64,000 nucleotides of DNA from Candidatus Marinacidobacterales bacterium. Its GTDB lineage: Bacteria > Acidobacteriota > Vicinamibacteria > Marinacidobacterales > DATDRI01. The stretch is taken from the NCBI GenBank assembly GCA_965219415.1, contig OZ244742.1, forward strand, positions 1,472,001 through 1,536,000. Direction: 5' to 3'. Below, in pieces: positions 60,464 through 64,000 of the stretch. The position numbers and the translations under genes were made by a program. Below the pieces are notes generated by a model. The model was given only the letters and a program-made list of their open reading frames with translations, searched no databases and was not told the DNA's origin. Positions within the stretch are counted from its first letter, which is position 1, and every line of letters begins with the position of its first letter.

Positions 60464-60906
60464 TCCGAGCTTCCAGGCTCTATAAGCGGGTGGCGCTTTT
60501 TGGCTACGACCCCATGGCCTAAGTTCCTCTCGGACACGGCATGGAGCCGGTAGTCGCGCTCTAATTCCGGCAGTCAACGAGTCATCGCGTAAGGCCCTCC
60601 AACCAGGGGGCTTGGCCATTTTCAACGCTTTCCGCAAGAGACCACGCCAGCTAAACGCTTCATTCAAAAGAGTTATCTAGCCGGACCGAACCCGAATAGA
60701 TCGGGGTCCAAGTGCCGCCGGCTTGGAGCGCCGATAAGGCTCAACCGCCCTCCACTAGATATGGGGCCCGAAGGGCTTGACAGGGGCCGAATATACCTAT
60801 ACATAGCGTAGGTACCCCCGAGAGAGCCTGATTGGCGCATAGGTCTACGAACCATAGGCTCTATCAAGGCTGGGCGCACTACCGGCCCATATTTGGAGGG
60901 TTCTAA

Positions 60907-61104
60907 ATGGCAAAGCGGAGAAAGAAAAAGGCTGGCGGTTCCGCCGCAGCGATCAAGAAGGTTAGGGCGACTGCCAAGCGAATCGCCAACAAGGCAAGGG
61001 CGAAAATTCGCAAACAGCAGCGAGAGATCGCACGGTTGAAGAAGCAGAACTCACGCCTCAAGAAAGCGGCCAAGAAAAAGGCCTCGAGACGCCGCAAGAA
61101 GTAA
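60907..61104 (+). CDS. Small Lys/Arg/Ala-rich basic protein (histone H1-like)
   Basis: GGAGG RBS; upstream TTGACA (60777); K/R/A-dominated 65 aa. Confidence 0.7.
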   Translation: MAKRRKKKAGGSAAAIKKVRATAKRIANKARAKIRKQQREIARLKKQNSRLKKAAKKKASRRRKK

Positions 61105-61228
61105 AGCCTTTTACGCGGTAACCACCTAGCCGGGACCTCCCGATTACTGGCAAGCGCCGGTGATCCCGAGGTCCCGGTGTCCTTTTTTAGTTGCCGGATC
61201 CGGCAACTTTTTCTATTGTCCTATCATC

Positions 61229-62630
61229 ATGTCTGGAATCAACCTGTCCTTCCACGGTGGCGCGGGCACGGTCACCGGCTCCCGTCATCTACTAAACGTA
61301 TCCGGACGCCGACTCTTGGTGGATGCCGGTTTGTTCCAGGGGTTAAAAAAGCTGCGGCTTCTCAACTGGCAGAAACCGGACTTCGATCCTCAGGCGGTCG
61401 ATCATCTATTTCTTACCCACGCGCACATCGATCACAGCGGCTACCTTCCCCGGCTCGTTCGCCAGGGTTACTCCAATCCGGTCTACTGCACCCCGGCAAC
61501 TTTGGATCTGGTGAGGCTCCTCCTATTGGACTCGGCGAAGATTCAAGAAGAAGACGCCAACTACGCCAACCGAAAAGGATTCAGCAAACATCGCCCGGCC
61601 TTGCCGCTCTACAGCAGTGCAGATGCCGAGGCCGCCTTCGAGTTGATGAGACCTCTACTCTACGGCGAATGGCTAGACGCTGGAGAAGGAGTTCGTGCCC
61701 GTTTCCACAACGGTGGGCCACATACTAGGCTCGGCCATGGTTGAAGTACGCATGCCGTTCGGGAGCGGGGAGCAATGCATCGTGTTCAGCGGTGATGTAG
61801 GCCGTTACGACGTGCCGCTCCACTCCGACCTCACGGAACCCCCAGCCAGCGACGTTATGGTCGTGGAATCGACCTACGGGAATCGCACTCACGATCCCAA
61901 ACCGCTCGCCGAGCAGATCACCGAGTCCTTCAAGGAAGTCTTCGAGCAACAAGGAACCGTTCTAATTCCTTCTTTTGCGGTAGGTAGGGCCCAGCTCGTA
62001 ACCTTAATCTTGCGCGAGCTCATGAACGATGGTCGTCTTCCGGAGGTTCCGATCCATATCGATAGCCCGATGGCGGTCAACGCTACCCGCATCTACAGCA
62101 AACATCTCGAGGACGGAAGTCTCGATGACGATTTGTCGGAGGACGGAAGCAGCCGTCTCTTCCCCCGAAACGTGCAGCTTCACCGTACCGTCGACGAATC
62201 GAAGGAGCTAAACGAGCTGGACGGCCCGCGCATCATCATTTCGGCGAGCGGCATGCTGACCGCCGGCCGCGTCATTCATCATTTGCGCCGCCGCTTGCCA
62301 AACAAGCGAAACCTCATTCTGCTGGTTGGATACCAAGCCGCCGGCACTCGCGGTCGCGCTCTGTTGGAAGGCGCGAAAGCACTTCGGATGCACGGGAGGG
62401 AGGTACCGGTTCGCGCCAGGTTTCAATCGGTACACGGCCTCTCTGCGCACGCCGACCGAGATGAGCTCCTTCGCTGGCTCGGCTCCTCGAAGTCTCCTCC
62501 CCAGACGGTATTCGTGACTCACGGCGAGCCCAAAGCATCCAAGGCGCTCGCACAGCGTATAAAAGAAGATATCGGTGCTCGCTGCTTCGTACCCACCTTG
62601 CGAGAGAGCTTCGATCTCTCAACACTCTAG
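61229..62630 (+). CDS. MBL-fold beta-CASP ribonuclease (frameshift near 61715)
   Basis: GTVTGS, THAHIDH, GHILGS, FSGD, ESTYG, FAVGRAQ, SAHAD, HGE. Confidence 0.9.
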
Positions 62631-62707
62631 CCCTCCCTTATTCAGCGCCAAGTCTAGAAACACGCATAAGGACTCTTGCCATCGAGCAGAGTCGTCGGAC
62701 CGCCGGA

Positions 62708-62736
62708 TTGACTTGGCATGGTACTGGGCATACAGT
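62708..62736 (+). promoter_or_regulatory. Sigma-70 promoter
   Basis: TTGACT-N17-TACAGT. Confidence 0.55.
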
Positions 62737-62753
62737 ATGCGCCGAAGGCGCTC

Positions 62754-63590
62754 ATGCATATAAGCGCATCAAAGTGTGTCGCTTGCGGGAACTGTGTGCC
62801 CATCTGTCCTTTGGGCGTAATCGCCATCAACCCGGCGTCGAACCGCGCAGAGATCGATCAGGCCAACTGCGTCGAGTGCTATCAGTGCTTTCGCGGAATG
62901 AGCCAAGAGCACCTGAACCCAACGTTGGTGCGTGCGCTCCGAAAAGCATTGGGTTGGATGCGTCTTCGTTTCGAACCCGAGCCGGACGTTTGCCCAACCG
63001 CGGCGTTCGAGCCCGATGAGCTTTCCTGGCCCCGCGTCGTCAGACGAGCCTTCTCCGACGTTACCGCTACGCACGAAAGCACGGGTATCCACGGACGCGG
63101 CACCGAAGAAGTCAAGACCAACGATGTGACCCGGCGCGTTCAGAGTGGCGAAGCGGGTTTCGTGGTTGAGTTCGGTCGCCCGAGCGTCGGGGTGTGGTTC
63201 CGGGATATCGATCGCATGACGACTCGACTCGCCGAAGCCGGTGCTGAGTTCGAGCAGAATAATCCGGTCACCCACTTGATGGCCGATCGTACCCGGGGCC
63301 GCATTCGAGAAGATGTTCTCGGTGAGAAGGTCCTGTCGGCGATCGTCGAGCTCAAAGTACCCCTCGGGCGAGTCGATGAAATGCTCGACGTCATCGAGTC
63401 CACCGCCCCGACCCTCGACACCGTGGTCTCCTTGGGAATCGGTGCCGTTTGCGATTCAGACGGGGACAACCCGGTGCCGGAGATCATGTCGCGCCGTGGC
63501 TACTCGGTCATCCGCGGGAAAACCAATCTCGGCCTGGGGCGGGCCACCAATCCGCAAACGACCGAGCCGGAGCTCGAGGTGACGCGGTGA
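62754..63590 (+). CDS. 2x[4Fe-4S] ferredoxin-domain protein with uncharacterised C-terminal domain
   Basis: CVACGNCVPICP and CVECYQC...CP; GRGTEEVKTNDVT. Confidence 0.8.
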   Translation: MHISASKCVACGNCVPICPLGVIAINPASNRAEIDQANCVECYQCFRGMSQEHLNPTLVRALRKALGWMRLRFEPEPDVCPTAAFEPDELSWPRVVRRAFSDVTATHESTGIHGRGTEEVKTNDVTRRVQSGEAGFVVEFGRPSVGVWFRDIDRMTTRLAEAGAEFEQNNPVTHLMADRTRGRIREDVLGEKVLSAIVELKVPLGRVDEMLDVIESTAPTLDTVVSLGIGAVCDSDGDNPVPEIMSRRGYSVIRGKTNLGLGRATNPQTTEPELEVTR

Positions 63591-64000
63591 CCAATACGCT
63601 TCATCGTTCCGGTCAACCCGACGATCTCAAGGACGACTACATCCTGTTCGCCATGTGCACCCGGGGAAAGAACGATGTTGGAGCGCCGGAACGCCTGAGA
63701 GAGTTCCTGACAATCTGCGCCCGGCACAACCCTGTCAACATGGGTGACGGTAGAGACGGCGGTCTCCACCGTCCGTCTCGCAGTCTGAATCCGCTGGTCC
63801 ATTGGCGTCGTCCCGAAAACGGTTCGATGGAAGACGTCATCGAAGGGATCACCGCCCCCACCACCGCCGCCGCCGTCTTCGACAACCCCGACTCCCTTCG
63901 CCAATGCCTCCAAGAGGTTAAAGCCGCCGATCTGGGACTCTCGGTCAACATCTCCGGGCTCACGGAAGACGCGAGGCAGTGCAGCGAACAAGCGGGCATC
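63587..64000 (+). CDS. Hypothetical protein coupled to the 4Fe-4S gene (3' truncated by window edge)
   Basis: GTGA overlap; open frame MTNTLHRSGQPDDLKDDYILFAMC... running off the end (missing from the ORF track). Confidence 0.75.
   Translation, partial: MTNTLHRSGQPDDLKDDYILFAMCTRGKNDVGAPERLREFLTICARHNPVNMGDGRDGGLHRPSRSLNPLVHWRRPENGSMEDVIEGITAPTTAAAVFDNPDSLRQCLQEVKAADLGLSVNISGLTEDARQCSEQAGI

Larger units (their letters stand above)
58987..60523 (+). repeat. 65-bp tandem repeat at the metH 3' end (2 units + partial), second unit interrupted by IS256
   Basis: Units start at 58987, 59052, 60502. Confidence 0.85.

Noticed and set aside
58987-60523. Possible CRISPR array
   Set aside because: Intervening sequences are identical rather than unique spacers; no cas genes
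60530-60900. tRNA, 6S or tmRNA in the intergenic region
   Set aside because: No cloverleaf, T-loop or other diagnostic motif visible

Overview
GC-rich bacterial chromosomal window. Gene content (Acidobacteria-type VWA protein, DUF4159/MoxR operon, kinase-PEGA-TonB fusion, bshC, HTNINPNK-type argS) suggests Acidobacteriota, probably Vicinamibacteria; this is an inference. Main contents: (i) a Fur-boxed operon feoB - DtxR/FeoA - fur - porin - FMN-binding protein - His-containing membrane protein - apbE, a candidate flavinylation-based iron reduction/uptake system; (ii) a 9-gene, ~15.4 kb MoxR/VWA/DUF58/DUF4159 envelope operon with a sigma-54-type promoter; (iii) argS, lepB, an FHA/RDD protein and a Ser/Thr kinase-PEGA-TonB gene; (iv) bshC; (v) a complete IS110 element with resolvable ends, core and an upstream structured non-coding region carrying short matches to its own target and donor sites (bridge-RNA candidate); (vi) a perfect 48-bp palindrome; (vii) a peptidase/symporter operon, metH, an IS256 inserted in a 65-bp tandem repeat, a small histone-like protein, a beta-CASP RNase and an uncharacterised 4Fe-4S gene pair. 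Several genes carry single-base indels, mostly in homopolymers, which are probably sequencing errors. No rRNA, tRNA or CRISPR array was seen. All family assignments come from motif recognition by eye; no searches were run.
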